Below, one piece after another: positions 38,701-52,600 of a stretch of DNA of 64,000 bases; position 1 is the stretch's first letter, and each line of letters begins with the position of its first letter. The stretch is from positions 69,089 through 133,088 of the forward strand of contig CT868071.1 of assembly GCA_000165425.1 (NCBI GenBank). The letters run 5' to 3'. This DNA is from Paramecium tetraurelia (taxonomy: Eukaryota). The notes under the pieces were generated by a model, which saw only the letters and a list, made by a program, of their open reading frames with translations, was not told the origin of the DNA and made no database searches. A program made the position numbers and the translations under genes.

Positions 38701-40537
38701 TAAATTAGTCTCATCATTGTAATTAGATGATGATTTTTGATTCTAAGAGGAAATCATATCATTTAAAATTTCCATCTGATAAAACATCAAAATGTTTTGT
38801 TGCTTTTAATCTATAAAATAAAAGATACTGAGTACCTAATGTTTATTTAAAGAATGATTTCAACTATTTTAGTCCATCTATCTAATATTTTATGGATTTA
38901 TAAGCAAGTTTCTCTAGTTGTTCTTTAGAGATATTTGAATTTATTTTTTCCAAATAATTGATTTTCTATTGTACTACTTAACTAATTATTTTTCTGATTT
39001 AAACACATTGTCCTTCAACATCGAGGTAGGCTTTGATGGCATAATGAATTTTTTATGATTCATTCAACAAAGTATTCTTTTGATTTGAAAACTATTAAGC
39101 AATATCTAATCTCATTAAATCTTAGGCCACTTTTAAGACTATTAATTTATGCAGATAATTAATTTTGAAAACTTTTTTTTTCATCTTATAATTGTCTGTC
39201 ATTAAAATTTAATTTTGAAATTTAGTTCTATCCGATTTTTGAAAAATTATTTAGAAGCATTAGTAAACTTAAAGGTATTACTTTTGAAAAAATAACAGTT
39301 ATAAGTAAGCAAATATTTGTTAGTCCTAGGTACATTTGAAGGACATTGTTGAAATCAAACTTTCATACTGTGATAATAGGTCTTTAAAGTATATTTCATA
39401 GGAGATTTATTGAAAATTCTTTTCTAAAGGACTTTGCTTGCAGGTACAATCGATATCATAACATGCCTTAATGTGTTTTGATAGAAACATAAGGTAGACT
39501 ATCTTTTGCTTATAGGTGTTTTTCTGTTTAGTGATATTGTATATGATTTAGAAAAGCACAAAGTTACAATTTTCTATGCTTGAATTTTAGTAATTGATAA
39601 AATGTTTTTACAAATCTATTTTGATTTAATTTTGGAAATAAAAAAAGGGCAAAATTATTACAAGTACCCAGATTTCTTTAAATTAATGTTATTGAAATAA
39701 TTCATGCAACAGGTATTACAAACAAATGGCAATATTTATCAGATTAATGGCCAAAATCACTCGATAATAGGACCCATAGATGTATTGCTTCAGTTTTTGC
39801 ATTTGATATATTTATATAATCGATGAAATAATCGGCAGGATTAATTATGTGAGCCTGAAGGGTATATCGTCGTAAATATATAACGAAAAACTTAACTACA
39901 GAAATTTGATCCCAATTCTGTAATAGGTTAAATTGGATTCATTTATCATCAAGTGTTCTCTTTAGAAATCCAAGGCCCAATTATATGAGAACATATTCAC
40001 AAAAAAGAGAATTATAATAAAAATTCCTGCAATAGTAAGAAAACTTAAAAAGACTTTTAGGTAATCATTTATATTTTATTAAATCGTCTAAAAACAAATG
40101 TCCATCATGATATATCCAAAAGTTTGTTTGCTTATATTGATGGAAACATTTACAAATATAAATAATACTTTAAAATAATAATTGGTGTTGAAGGCATTCT
40201 ATAATTCAATCACCAAATTTTCTGATCTACTTTTCAGTATAAAAATAAAGCAAATACAACTTAGGACAAGAATAAATAAAAATCCCACTGAAATGTACGC
40301 TAATATAGCTGTATTTTCTATCAGTGTATTGGGTCTTGATAATATAGTTATTAAATCCAATTCTGAAGTAGTACTGAAAGCCTTGTAACTATAAGATATA
40401 TTAATGTAGGCTAGATTTTGCAGTTCATTAATAACTCCTAAAGCGAATGAAATCATTAAAGGCAAACTCCAAATAAATTGTTCCAAAATTAAAGCGCCTT
40501 GAACAAAGAGAGATATTTGGTTGATTATCAATTCCAT
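35752..40537 (-). CDS. Large multi-pass membrane protein with PAS-like domain (TmcB/TmcC-like family)
   Basis: About 1586 aa; one 25-nt intron near 38813-38837 restores the frame. N-terminal multi-TM block, helical region, PAS-like LNFQDMIPNYIQVSHMKLIQNFIAG, further TM pairs toward the C-terminus. Confidence 0.72.
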
Positions 40538-41435
40538 CACGTCTTATATTAATTATTTATATTTTCAATTGAGCAATTGATCGAGCAGATATAATAATTT
40601 AAAAAAAAGGAATTATATATTTCAAATTTGTTTATTATTTTCTTAAAAAAATCTTGAGAAGGAATATTTTTTCTAATATTCTTATATTTTTTAGAGATGC
40701 ATGAGAATTAAAATCTAACTGTAAAATGACCCATTCAGTCTTCACAAAAATCCTAAATTTAAATATGTTTAAACATTAAACATATGTTATTTCAATTAAA
40801 TCCCTAATCTTAAGGATTTTTGTAATTATACTGGGCTATCAATTTCAATTTTTAATAGTTTGGCTTTACACAATTAAGAATCAAACGGTTTTATCAATTA
40901 ATAAGTCTTTCTACACATTAAAGTTATTTTAAAGGCCTATTAATATTTTCAATGTCATAGGCTCCAAAACCTGTCCTTTAATTGAAAGAAATTAGTCAAT
41001 ATTATTTAATGCGAAACCATTAAGATGGCTGGTATGTCTTATAACCATCTGATAAGAGGATGTTATAAATGTAAATTAATTCAAACCATTTTCTAAGGTT
41101 ATAAAACATTTTGGTAATAAAATATTAAATTATTTTTTGTATTGTAATAAGGATTTTAGCTTAAAAATTAAGCATTGTTGTCATTTCTTAATTAAGCTTG
41201 AATGATTCCTAAATGTTACTTACGATTCATTTAAATTGAATATAAAAGATGATAAAATTAGATATTATTATAAAGAATCTCAAAATCAAACTATATTTTT
41301 TAGATCTTTAAAACAGATATATTGTTAGTTCTAAAGCATAATTGCTTGTGATTATTCTTAAAATCCAAAATCTTAGCATTATAAATAATTATTAAACAAA
41401 TATAATTTTTATACCAATAAATTAAAATAATAATC

Positions 41436-42615
41436 TCACTTAGTCATTTCTTATTGGATCTAATAATCTAGGAACTCTTCATAGGATAAGCATATTTTTC
41501 CACTTTATTTTAATTTAGTATTGTGAAGATGCCAATCAGTCTTATAATGTTATCTGAATTCTTGATTTGTGTCAAAAGAGATCAAACATTAAGTACATTT
41601 AAATTACTTACCCAAATTATCCTTGGCATTGTCTTTTTTTTATTGCTATTAAATTTATTTGATTTGATTTTATTCTTCTTCCTCAACTTGTTTTTTAATT
41701 TATTACTGCTATTAAAGTTGCTGCTTCTTTTATTACTTGTTTTTTTTGGGACCTTTCTGTTTTGATTTCTGATTCTATTCTTCATCAGATTCCTCTGAAT
41801 CTGAAATTTACAATTTTTCTAATCTCTACTCCAACTCAACTTAAGCTATGTTATCAATTCCGTCAATCTATTATTTGATTGCTGCTTCTACGACTTCTAA
41901 CGTACTTTTAAATTATTTTTCAGTAACTTTTGTTGATAAAGCTCTAAATAATTAAGGGTCGATAATAACAATAAATTTATTGTTCTATTGAACAATGTCT
42001 TTGAGTCCCAATTCTTCTAACATCTAATAAACCAACTCCCTTTGTTCATCGATAAAGGAGATGGATACTTTCATAGGAGCTCTTTTAATGAAAAAGCTCT
42101 CCTTCAGTTTCTTAATGCATTGCAAAGCCTACAATTTAACAGGTTTATCAGTTTTCACCACAAATTATACTTTTGAAATTGCATACTCAATGGATTGCTG
42201 TGTAAGTTGTCTACCTGAAGTGGCATGGATGCATTTATCCTGTATGAATTTTACTATGTCTCTGTAATAATGCTCTAATTAGGCCTCTCTTTCTTTATCT
42301 CCAACTTGTAAGTCTCCCTTTTCTAGAATAGTCTTGATGATTTAATCTTTGTCATTAGTTTAGAAGCAGTACAATAATTCTTTACCGGATGCCACGTCTC
42401 CCTTGGTAGCATTTGTAAAAATTTCATAAACTTAAAGAACTTCACTAAAAATTTATTAAGCAATCATACCTTAGATCCTTCTCAACTCCATTTCTCCAGT
42501 TGATAGCCTTATTTTTATAGCAAGCTATTTCAAATTTTTGATTGTTGTTTGTACGATATTTGATAATGGCAATATTTGTCATTTAAACAATACCAACAGG
42601 TTGTGTTACTCTCAT
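41436..42615 (-). CDS. SBDS: Ribosome maturation factor SBDS/Sdo1 with C-terminal C2H2 zinc finger
   Basis: QPVGIVQMTNIAIIKY...[52 protein letters not shown]; tail FKCTQCLISFDTNQEFRQHYKTDWHLHN. Confidence 0.95.
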
Positions 42616-43505
42616 TTATTAAAGAATATAATTTATTAAAATAATTTTAATTAGTCCATATTCATTAAATACTGTTAAAATATTCTACTCATAAATTTCT
42701 AAATCATGACATCACCCTTAAATAAATAGAATATTTACTTTGTTAGAGACAATCATGAATGAAATTTTAAAAATAAAAAAAGATTTAGATAAATGGACAT
42801 ATATCATTCAATTATAGGATTGAAATATCACTACCCTTTAAGTACAGGCTTATTTTCATTCTATACCTAATAATTCTGATTAATTATATATTTTAAATAC
42901 ATTTATTTACTGTCTCAAGAAACTAAATATATATCAATGTCAAAATAGATTTTTCATTATATTTATAGAGTACATTGTTCATAATATATTAGTACATAGT
43001 AATAATGCCAAAATTAAAGAAATTTTAAATAAGACTTTTTTAATCCTTCCTTAATATTGTTATCAAGTCAAATTAACGCCTTTGTGATGAATTTCATATT
43101 ATAATTATATAGATATCAGGGTCTGAAATACTTTTAATCTTCATTTATTATTATAAAATTATAATATATTTTGGTCCTATATTTTAGCAATTCCATAAAG
43201 TCATAAGAAAGGATCATTTCTAATTTTGTTTAAATAGCTCTAAGAAATAAATGTTTATCGTTAAATAATTTGAATTCGGGATAGAAAATAAATAATATCA
43301 TGAATTTAAATTATTCTTCTTTTTATTTATGTAAGATTGTTTCTCATAAAATCTATTGAGAATGAAGCCATTCCAAGAAAAATAGAGAAATTTTGAAGAT
43401 TTTCTTATTGTCGTCATTTTGATATAATGTTACGATATAATTATAAACATTAAAGATTTTTAGTTAATTTGAGTTGGATTATTTTCTATATTATAAAATT
43501 ACGTC

Positions 43506-44450
43506 ATGAAGAAAATTCTCTTGATTAGTCTTATCATTGTGCTGTCATACTAGACAGTAGAATATAATACATATGATGAATCATTTGCAAAACACTTGTT
43601 TTACTTGACATCAGCAAGTTATTGCAGTGAGTAACACATTAAGAGTTGGAACTGCGGTAAGCCTTGCAAGGAACTTAAACCAATAACTGATATAACATTT
43701 TTTATTAATGCAACCAATGAGAATGCAGGATATGGTGCATATCATCCAGAAACTGATGAAATCTACTTAGTTTTCAGAGGAACTTTACCATGGAGTCTCA
43801 CTAATTGGATAGAGGATATAGACTTTATAAAGACAGATTATCCTTATTGTCCTAACAATTGTGAAGTTCATAGGTATTATAAAATTGTCATAATATCATT
43901 CTAGAGGTTTCTATTACTCCTTCCTGGGAATTTAGGATTAAGTATTGAATTGCTTGAAATCGTTGAGCAAGAAATACCCTCTGGCCAAGATAACCATTAC
44001 TGGGCATAGTTTGGGAGGTGCTTTAGCCAATCATGCTCTTGTGTATTTGACAACAGTATTTATAAATATCAATGTAGAGAGGCTTTACTATTAGTAAATT
44101 CTACACTTTTGGGTCACCAAGAGTAGGTGATAAGAACTTTTTCACTTATGTTAACCAACAATTGTTTCCTGGACCTAAATTTAGAATCACTCATAATCAT
44201 GATCCAGTTCCTCATCTTCCAGCACTCATTTAAGGATTCCATCATGTGAATCAAGAGGCCTACTATAAAGATTATTTACTGGTCATCCACAAGAAGTAAT
44301 AAATTATAAGATTTTAGAGTTTAAATGTGCAATGATAATCTCAAAGAAGATGACAGTTGCTCCAATTCGAATATTGCTGATTTATCAGTATCTGATCATA
44401 CTAATTACATGGGATATGATATGGCAGTAGAATTACTCACTTGTTAGTGA
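43506..44450 (+). CDS. Secreted class-3 lipase
   Basis: Signal peptide, LVFRGT, VHRGF, ITITGHSLGGALA (GxSxG), YTFGSPRVGD, RITHNHDPVPHLP, DHTNYMG. Confidence 0.94.
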
Positions 44451-44481
44451 TTTAATTTAAATTTTATAGAATAAATTAAAA

Positions 44482-45056
44482 ATGTAATAATCTGATCCCA
44501 ACCAAACCTAAAACTGGGGAGTAACAACATTTGAGATCTCAGAAACGTAATAGTAATATCCTCAGCAGCAATTCATTCCAAATCAATAGCCATATCCTTA
44601 GTAATATTAATAATATGGACAATAACCCTAGTAAGTCGCATATGGATAGGTATGTTGCATCTCGAATATTTAAGCCCGTAGTTACTAATGCTTATCCTTA
44701 GACTGTTTAAGTTGGAGTACCATATGTGTAGACAGTGATTGGAAAGTATTATTCATAATCATTAGTCATTTTAATGCTCCTCCATAATACAATGCTAATG
44801 GGTCACCATTTCCTATTTAAATCATATGTCCAGCGTGTAAAACATAAGGAATTACAAATGTGAGAACTGAGATTGGAGCAGGAACATATCTGGTTTCATG
44901 TCTATTATTTCTGTGCACCGGGTATGAGATTTTGGCATACTCAATAGAATATTATGTTGTTGGGTTCCATGTGTTATGCCTGATTGTTAAGACAAGATTC
45001 ATAGATGTTCTTCATGTTAAACAGAAGTTGGGATAAAATAGTATGATATGTGTTGA
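44482..45056 (+). CDS. LITAF-domain protein
   Basis: P/Q/Y-rich N-terminus, then CPACKTQGITNVRTEIG, a hydrophobic segment, CCWVPCVMPDCQDKIHRCSSCQTEVG. Confidence 0.9.
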
Positions 45057-45194
45057 ACTTAATATAAATAAAATTACATAACTAAAAATAGTTTCCATTC
45101 AGAAATTCAGATTCCCAATAGTAGTTGAACAATTAAAAGTAAAGAGTAAAGAAGTTCTTATAATTGTGATTTATAATAGTTCTATGAATAAATT

Positions 45195-46170
45195 TCAGAA
45201 TTTTTGTGAAAAAGCAGAGTGAACAAAGTTTGATATCTCCATTCTTGAATTCTCAGTATTAAGCTTGGATATTTTGGCCGATTGTATTTGTTTGTTATCC
45301 CACTCCAATTTTCGATTGATCAGTTATTCACTTACTTGTATATTTAAGTCTCTTTAATCAAATACTTCCTCTTATTATCTACAATTCTGTATTTATTCTA
45401 TTAAACTTTGTTCTACTTCTCTTAATTGCTGAACCTATTTGCTCAAATTGAATTCAATATTTTTTATTGATAATTCATGCTATATAATAGTCTGTAATCC
45501 AGAATTCAGTTTATCTATTTATTAATGATAATAATCTAAAAATAAAATAAATCTATTTACTCTCCTTTTAATTCACATTTTATAATTGATATTTTAGTTT
45601 ATCAACATATTATTCGGCTTCTCTTAAATTTTGATCTATAATAAACTCCTTCTCCTGCAAACATTTCTCTCTAATCTTCAATTTATTTTTTTCTAATTCT
45701 AATGTGTTTTACTAATCCTCTAATTGCTTCATGCTAATCTATAATTATTATTCCCTCTCCTTCATTTTCTCTTCCTGTAACTAAACCTTCTCCCTGAAAT
45801 TCTATTCTTATTCTCCTAAAACATTGAGTTTATCCTTTATTTGGGATGCCAAAATGCGTATTTCCTTCTCCCCTTTGCTTAGTTTCTTAATATAAAACAA
45901 ACATACATTCGCCCTTTCTTCTATTGATTTATGTTCCTCTTCCATCACTTACTTTGTTCTATCTAGCTCCTCACATTTCCACTTGTATTTCTCCTTTATC
46001 CTAACCAATTCTAATTGATTCGGATCATTTGTCACTATATCAGGAATAGTCAATTAATATTAGGTTGCAAATCTAACACCTAATTTCTTTTCTTAAGTGA
46101 GATCTGGATTTGTTTGTCTTTAACTTAGAAACGATGATTTCTGCAAACATTGTCCTAGTGATTTTCTCAT
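45195..46170 (-). CDS. Hypothetical coiled-coil protein
   Basis: MRKSLGQCLQKSSFLSQRQTNP...LELVRIKEKYKWKCEELDRTK; E/K/Q heptads; two introns. Confidence 0.7.
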
Positions 46171-46855
46171 TATATTTAACAGATCAATAAATTAAAAAAT
46201 TAATATTACTACATATCTGGAATTCTTATGATCTTATCATTAAAATAGAAATAAGAATTGTGAATTACTGAAACGAATTTTGAAATTTCAGTTGATTTTT
46301 AGTCCTTACAAATTTAACCATATTACTTGATTTTTCATTTGAATTTATTCTGTTTTTTATTTTAATTTCTATTATTCTGCTTTATTATCCTTATAACTAT
46401 CAGTTGAATGGACTTTTTAACTTTTAATTGTCTATAATTTATTAATATATTTGAGTTCTTTTTGATATATATGATAACACTTTTAATTTAGAGATTTGAT
46501 CATCCTCTATAATGTGAAATCTTGTTTTCCCTCTGCCGAAGTTCCTTTTTTCTAAAACTTGATAAAATATTTATTCAATTATTATATAGCATATGCAGTA
46601 CGAAATAACAATGTTGATGAGATGTATTAATAAATTGTTATATTTTGTTATTTTACAATGCAATTTAATTGATTTCTTAAAGAATATAGTATCTGTAACT
46701 TATATCAAATAGGATGCATAGAATCAATTTTCAAATTATATTCATAAACAATCATTAAAAATTAGAGTGGCTTATAGGATGATACTGTATTTTAGGCCTC
46801 CAGCAAAAACCCTTGTTTCTTAATTATAAAATTCATTATTTTTCATTTTAAGTTT

Positions 46856-47197
46856 ATGTCTTTAACCGAATTGGTTAACACTTATGAAACAAGAGACTCT
46901 CATCACTAATAAAAAAAGCCAATACTTAAATCTTCTTAATAGAAAATATATTCAACACTTCCAAGATTGGACTGGGCTGGAAATGAAATAATTAAAGGAG
47001 GATCGCATAAAATTGCTTTTATTAGTTAAGAAAATACTTCCAGAACCTTCTTGGACCTACTCTCCAACGAACTATCTGATTAGAGTGACGAGGTTGATGA
47101 AGATTATAATGAAATGTTAAACTGTTAAAATGTGAAGAACGTAAGTAAACTACAACCAGAACTAAGTGAATAGTCGAATTGTTGTTTTATTTATTGA
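46856..47197 (+). CDS. Small ciliate-type protein with RxDxxGxxIxKG-HKIxF motif and C-terminal CCFIY
   Basis: 113-aa ORF MSLTELVNTYE...KKPILKSS...PRLDWAGNEIIKGGSHKIAFIS...EQSNCCFIY-TGA. Confidence 0.75.
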
Positions 47198-47659
47198 CTT
47201 TATTATTATATTGAGTTATTATATATTGATTTATAATGGAAGTAAAGTAAGGTAAAAGTTTACTTGATACACAATTAGATTCAATCTACATTCAATGCAA
47301 TCCCTTTTAATTTATTCAATCCTTAAGCGTTATATTTGTTTTTTTACAAAAAAATTCAATATATAGTTAGCAAATAAACTGAAATTTATATAATATAAAT
47401 GTTCTGAATTAATAAGTATCCTCATTATTATCAACTATTATGAAGAATTTATATTGATCTCGCACCACTCATGCTTAAGGCATTCTGAATCTATAGGTAA
47501 CTACATCAGTGTAAGGAAGAGAAATTCAAAAAATACAATACTTCAAATTTCAGTTCAATAATTAATATCTTGAAACTAATAAAAAATAAATTATTAAATG
47601 ATTCATATTATTTGATTCACTCATTTTTGATTTTTAAGCCATTTTAAATTTAACTGATA

Positions 47660-49563
47660 TCATATATTAAGCAACCCCACTTATTTTAGAAATTTATGGA
47701 AACTGTTTGATTAATTATTTTATTTATTACATTTATTTATAAAAATAATACAAAAAATGGGGTTATTCAAAAATTATGAAAAAATATTAATGCTCAATTT
47801 GGTTTGTTTTATTTGTATATTTTTTAAAGCAAATTCGTAATTAAGTGCAATCTTCTATTGACTGATTCATTTTTAACTAAATCTTCGCCTAGAGTGATTT
47901 CTTCATTTTAATGTGATCTAAAGTTTATTCTATTTATTTATTTGAAACTAAATAACTTTTAGGAATCAAATTGGAAAAATTATTATTAATTAAGAATTTT
48001 TGATTCATTCTAAGGAAGGTATTGTAATGATTCTTAAATTTTGCTGCTATCAGTCTCCTAAAATTTGAAACTATATTATATTGACTCCATTTCTTAACAG
48101 AGATTACTTTTTCTTTAGGAGCTTTTAGTTTATAGGTCTTTTAATGCCATAAACTGACATGCCAAAGATGAAAATAAGTCCGCATTTTTTTTTGTTTATG
48201 TTTTAAAAGCCATTTTAAAGATTTCTGAATTTAAATTATTCCCCATTTTTATCACATGCTCATTTATCACTTTTATTAGTTCTAACAATGGTGATGATAT
48301 ACACCTTATCAAACTGGCAGTTAGAAGAATCAAAAATGCACAGCAAGCCATCTAAATCTATATTTACTGAAACAATTCTGCCTCCAAATTATTGATTAGT
48401 ATATTGATCTCATCTGAAATTTCTTATTCATATGTGACATTTTTAAAGCTTTAAAAAATAATAATATTTATTACACGATCATGGTTAAATTCTCTTTATA
48501 AAATTGATATGTATAAACGAATACTGATCTTTAATATATTTTGTTCAACAAATAAAATGTGTTATTTACATTTTCATTAATTTTAGAATTTTCTTAAATG
48601 GTTTACCAATCTGATTCATTAAATCCAGTGTATGTAGTATTCGTAATTCTTACTAATCCTGTGATTTAATGGAATGTATCCATTGTACTTAAAATAACAT
48701 CGCCATTTTAGTGAACTAATAAGATATTTAATGGAACATTTTAAATATTAGTGTCTGATATCGGTAGCAGTTATAAAACTATTCCAAACATTGAGTTATT
48801 TCTAATTAGAGAATAAGTCAAAGCTGAATAAGGTAGGTTATTACGAGCAGATAGTAATATGGGCGAATAAAAATAGCTAGAATTGGGATGAATTTTGGAT
48901 TAAGCCATATGATTGACATACCTATCAGGTTATTTGATTAATTACCAAGGTCGGGTGTTTAAATTATAATTCTTATATTTGAATTAATTAGGGAAAGAAG
49001 CAAAGAATTAGGCCTTTGGTAAATCAAAAAATGACATTTTTGAGTCCTCACTAGTAATAAATTATTAAGTAAATGGACTCAGCAAAGTCAAAGTATCATT
49101 AAAATCTTGTTCTTCATCATGAGATGTTACAATTTCAAATCCTTGGCATATAATATCTGAATTATAGATTACTTTGTATTCTTTGATTTAAGTTTATTCA
49201 ATGCATTCTTAAAATTAACTATTAATCACCTTATATCGACTTTTCGACTGAATAACATATTAAAAGAAATCATTTGAATGCTATAAATTTGATAAAGCTA
49301 TCTAAATTATTCAAAATACTTTGATAATTTTTGTGCTCTATATATTATCTAAGTTGATCAGAGATTATTTAAACTAGATGTTACTCTTGTTTCTGCGATA
49401 AGGTTTGAGAAAATGATTGAATAAAAGTGAAAAAGATTGCTGATTGAACCTAATACGTAGCTAATATCACCAGCACAGTGAAAGTGACGATACAAAAGTT
49501 AATAAGAGTGATCTAATTACTCATTCTAAGAGATTTGAAGTAATTTTTAACTTTTTTAAACAT
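47660..49563 (-). CDS. Two-TM protein with extracellular Cache-like sensor domain
   Basis: N-terminal TM (QITLINFCIVTFTVLVILATY), YNLNTRPW|YVNH motif (Cache YDPRxRPWY-like, split by an intron), second TM (LDGLLCIFDSSNCQF region uncertain); 3' end approximate. Confidence 0.6.
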
Positions 49564-49662
49564 TCACAATTATTATTATATATCATGATTAAATAATTAT
49601 GTTAGACACCAAAAAAACATAGTTGAACAAATTAAATTTATATATCATTAATTATTAATCTT

Positions 49663-52600
49663 TCAATAATCCTCGGTTTGTGTTTAGGAAGGCTAAATTT
49701 ATTGCTTAACCAAAACATCCTATTGTTACAGAAGATTGGACCCAATATTTTTTTTTGTATCTTCATTTGAAAATGAACCCTTATCAAGCATTTTTAATCC
49801 TGATTACGAATTGTCTTCAATTAAATTAAAATTTACCTTCCTCCTTTTTGTAAATGTAAGATGACTCCTACGAGGGTTGTTATTAGTTTTATTGATGTTA
49901 TTATTACGATTATATATTTTGTTGTTATTATTCTAATTTTTTCCTTTTCTCTTGTTCTTTTAATTCTGCTAATTTAATTTTGGTGAAATTTTGTTTTGCT
50001 TATTTAAGGGCTGTTTTATATTTATAAAATTTTTCAAAAAATTTATCAAAAGGAACTTTTGTTTCAGCATAATAATTAGCAAGATCTTCATATTATGTTT
50101 CAAGCTATTTTAATAAAATCTCAAAATTAGCTAGATCGGAAAGAATTTATTCATAAAAATTCTATAACCTCTCTTCTACCATATCTTGAATCGGAAGAGA
50201 CACTTTTGATTTTATGGCCTTATCAACATTTTTCGAATTTTTTTTTAGCTCGGTTAAATCAGCATTCAACTAAGTCAAAGGGGTTTTAGCTATATATATC
50301 TTAATAAATACCAGCCAATTCAATTTCTTCTAAATTCTCATCAACCAAAACTAATTCCTCTTTTAGATCTTCTTCCGCTTTTTCAATGATAAACATTAAT
50401 AAGTTGCCTTTATTGTCAGTGGTTTTAACATCAGTTAATTTCTCCATCATATCAAATTTAAATCCATATGCACCACCTCTAGCTGATTATCCATTCATGT
50501 AATTTCCTGCAGCCAAAGCATATTCCATGAAAACTTTCGTATTCTTATCATTTTTTGTCACTGTCATTAAATGTTTGAATATATCAATTTTGGTTTACAA
50601 ATCTTCTGCTAATTCTTTATAATTATATTTGAATTTCAACGATAATAGCCTAATTGATATTCTAAATTAATAACCTATAATCATATCCTTTTACTGAGCT
50701 AATATTTATACAAAATATGTCTGGTAAGGCTAAGTTTGATTAGTCCGAATCCTACCACATTACAACCTCTGTATCATTTGGCATTGCAGTAATTAAAGAT
50801 TCAACTATATTTGGTCTTAATACAGTTTCATCTAGTCTTACAATTTAGTTTAATATCAATACTGATAGAGACTTTCAACTATTAATTAATTTGACATTTT
50901 AAGTTTGCCTAGCACTATCTCTAGATTTTTCATTCTCTCCGGTCCTAACATTGAAATTTTCCCCGGCTTATTGGTTCCACCTTGAACATTGATATTGCTA
51001 GATGTTGGCTTTGCTGCAAATAAATTCTCAATAACATTGTAATCTAATTTTAATTTAGTATCATCGATTGATTCCCATATAGTATTTCTAATTTATTCCG
51101 GCTTTATAATCGTCCAGGGAACCTATTTTAACTATATATTAGGTTTATGTTTTTATTTCCCACCAAATTAAGGATCTGGGCCACCAGGAGGTCTTGGCCC
51201 AGGAGGAGGAGGTGGAGGAGGTGCACCACCAGGTGGAGGTCCTGGTGGTTTTGGCCCTCCTGGAGGAGGTGGAGGAGCTGGTGATGAAGCTCCAGTTTTA
51301 GCACCAAGTGGAGGTGGAGGAGGAGCAAGTGCTGATACAGATATTGTACCTGGAGGTGGAGGTGGTGGAGGAACTTGTGATATTTAAGGAGCAAGGGCGT
51401 TTGTTTAATTTTAACCTAGTTATGGTGAAAATGTATTCTATGCAATTATTGCTTAACTATTCAATTTCTTTTCTAAATTTTCTTTTTCTTATAGTGTTTG
51501 TTAAAGTTTTTCTTGAAGAATTTGTATATTAATTAATTGTTCTATAGAATAGGATAAGTAGGATACTTTTGCTTTCATCATCGAATTTATGAATTCCATT
51601 CTCCATTACTTTTTAATTTTCTCTCATTTCATCAAATTTTTATGGATATTTTTTTTATTATTCTAAGAGAATGGCTTATTCTTCTATGATACCATGTAAT
51701 TTTGCCAGCTCATCTTAGTACTGCTCTATTGTTTTCAGTTCACTTTAAATTTTATTTGCTTATATTTTAACATAACTTGCAGAATTTACTTTTTCTATCA
51801 ATTATTACAATTCTTTCTTTTTAGCATATTTTTTTTTTATCAGTTTCTCATTTCTTGCTTATAGTTCTCTACATTCTTTATTTTTTTCAGTTAATTAAAT
51901 CTCTTTTGTAATTAGATTTTCATTCTACTCTTTTAATAATTGTTTAAATTCTATGAATAAGCAAAGATATAATTACTTTTTATTTCTTTGTCTTGATTGA
52001 TGAATTTTTAATTTTAAGATTGCAACTCTTATTTGAGCTAATCTAATTACTGTCTCTAATCATCATTATAATCTGATTTGTAAGACAATCGTTGAGGAGT
52101 AACCTCTTATTCCAATTTTTGAGCCTTGGCTTATTGCATAATTGATAATTTCTCTCTTAATTGATTGACTTCATTTTCCAATTATTGAATCGTCTTCTGT
52201 TATGATTCACATTCTTATTGAAGTGTTCTATAGTCCTTATTTTTCGCTGCCAATTATTCAGTTAATTGAGATAAATTAGACTAATCTGATTTCAATTTTT
52301 TTTCCAAATCTCCTATTTTTTTCTGTAATACAGCCACAAATGCTTCATTAGTTATTTTCTTCGGATTCAGAGACTCAAGTTATGAAATTTCATTGCTTTC
52401 AAATTATTACTCATTTGGAAAATTATTTTAGTATTTGGAAATACCATCTGCAAAATCAGTAACATGTTAATTTCCTCTAATTTTAGATTCCTATTTAATA
52501 GTTGAATTTGCTTTCCCCATTTCATCTTAGATTAAATTTAAATATTGAGGTGTAAGAAAAGTAGGTTTTAGATGTTTTGCTTACTATTTAACCTCTTGTT

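Noticed and set aside
51170..51375. GC-rich GGA/GGT repeat as a foreign insertion
   Set aside because: It encodes the poly-proline FH1 domain of the formin on the minus strand.
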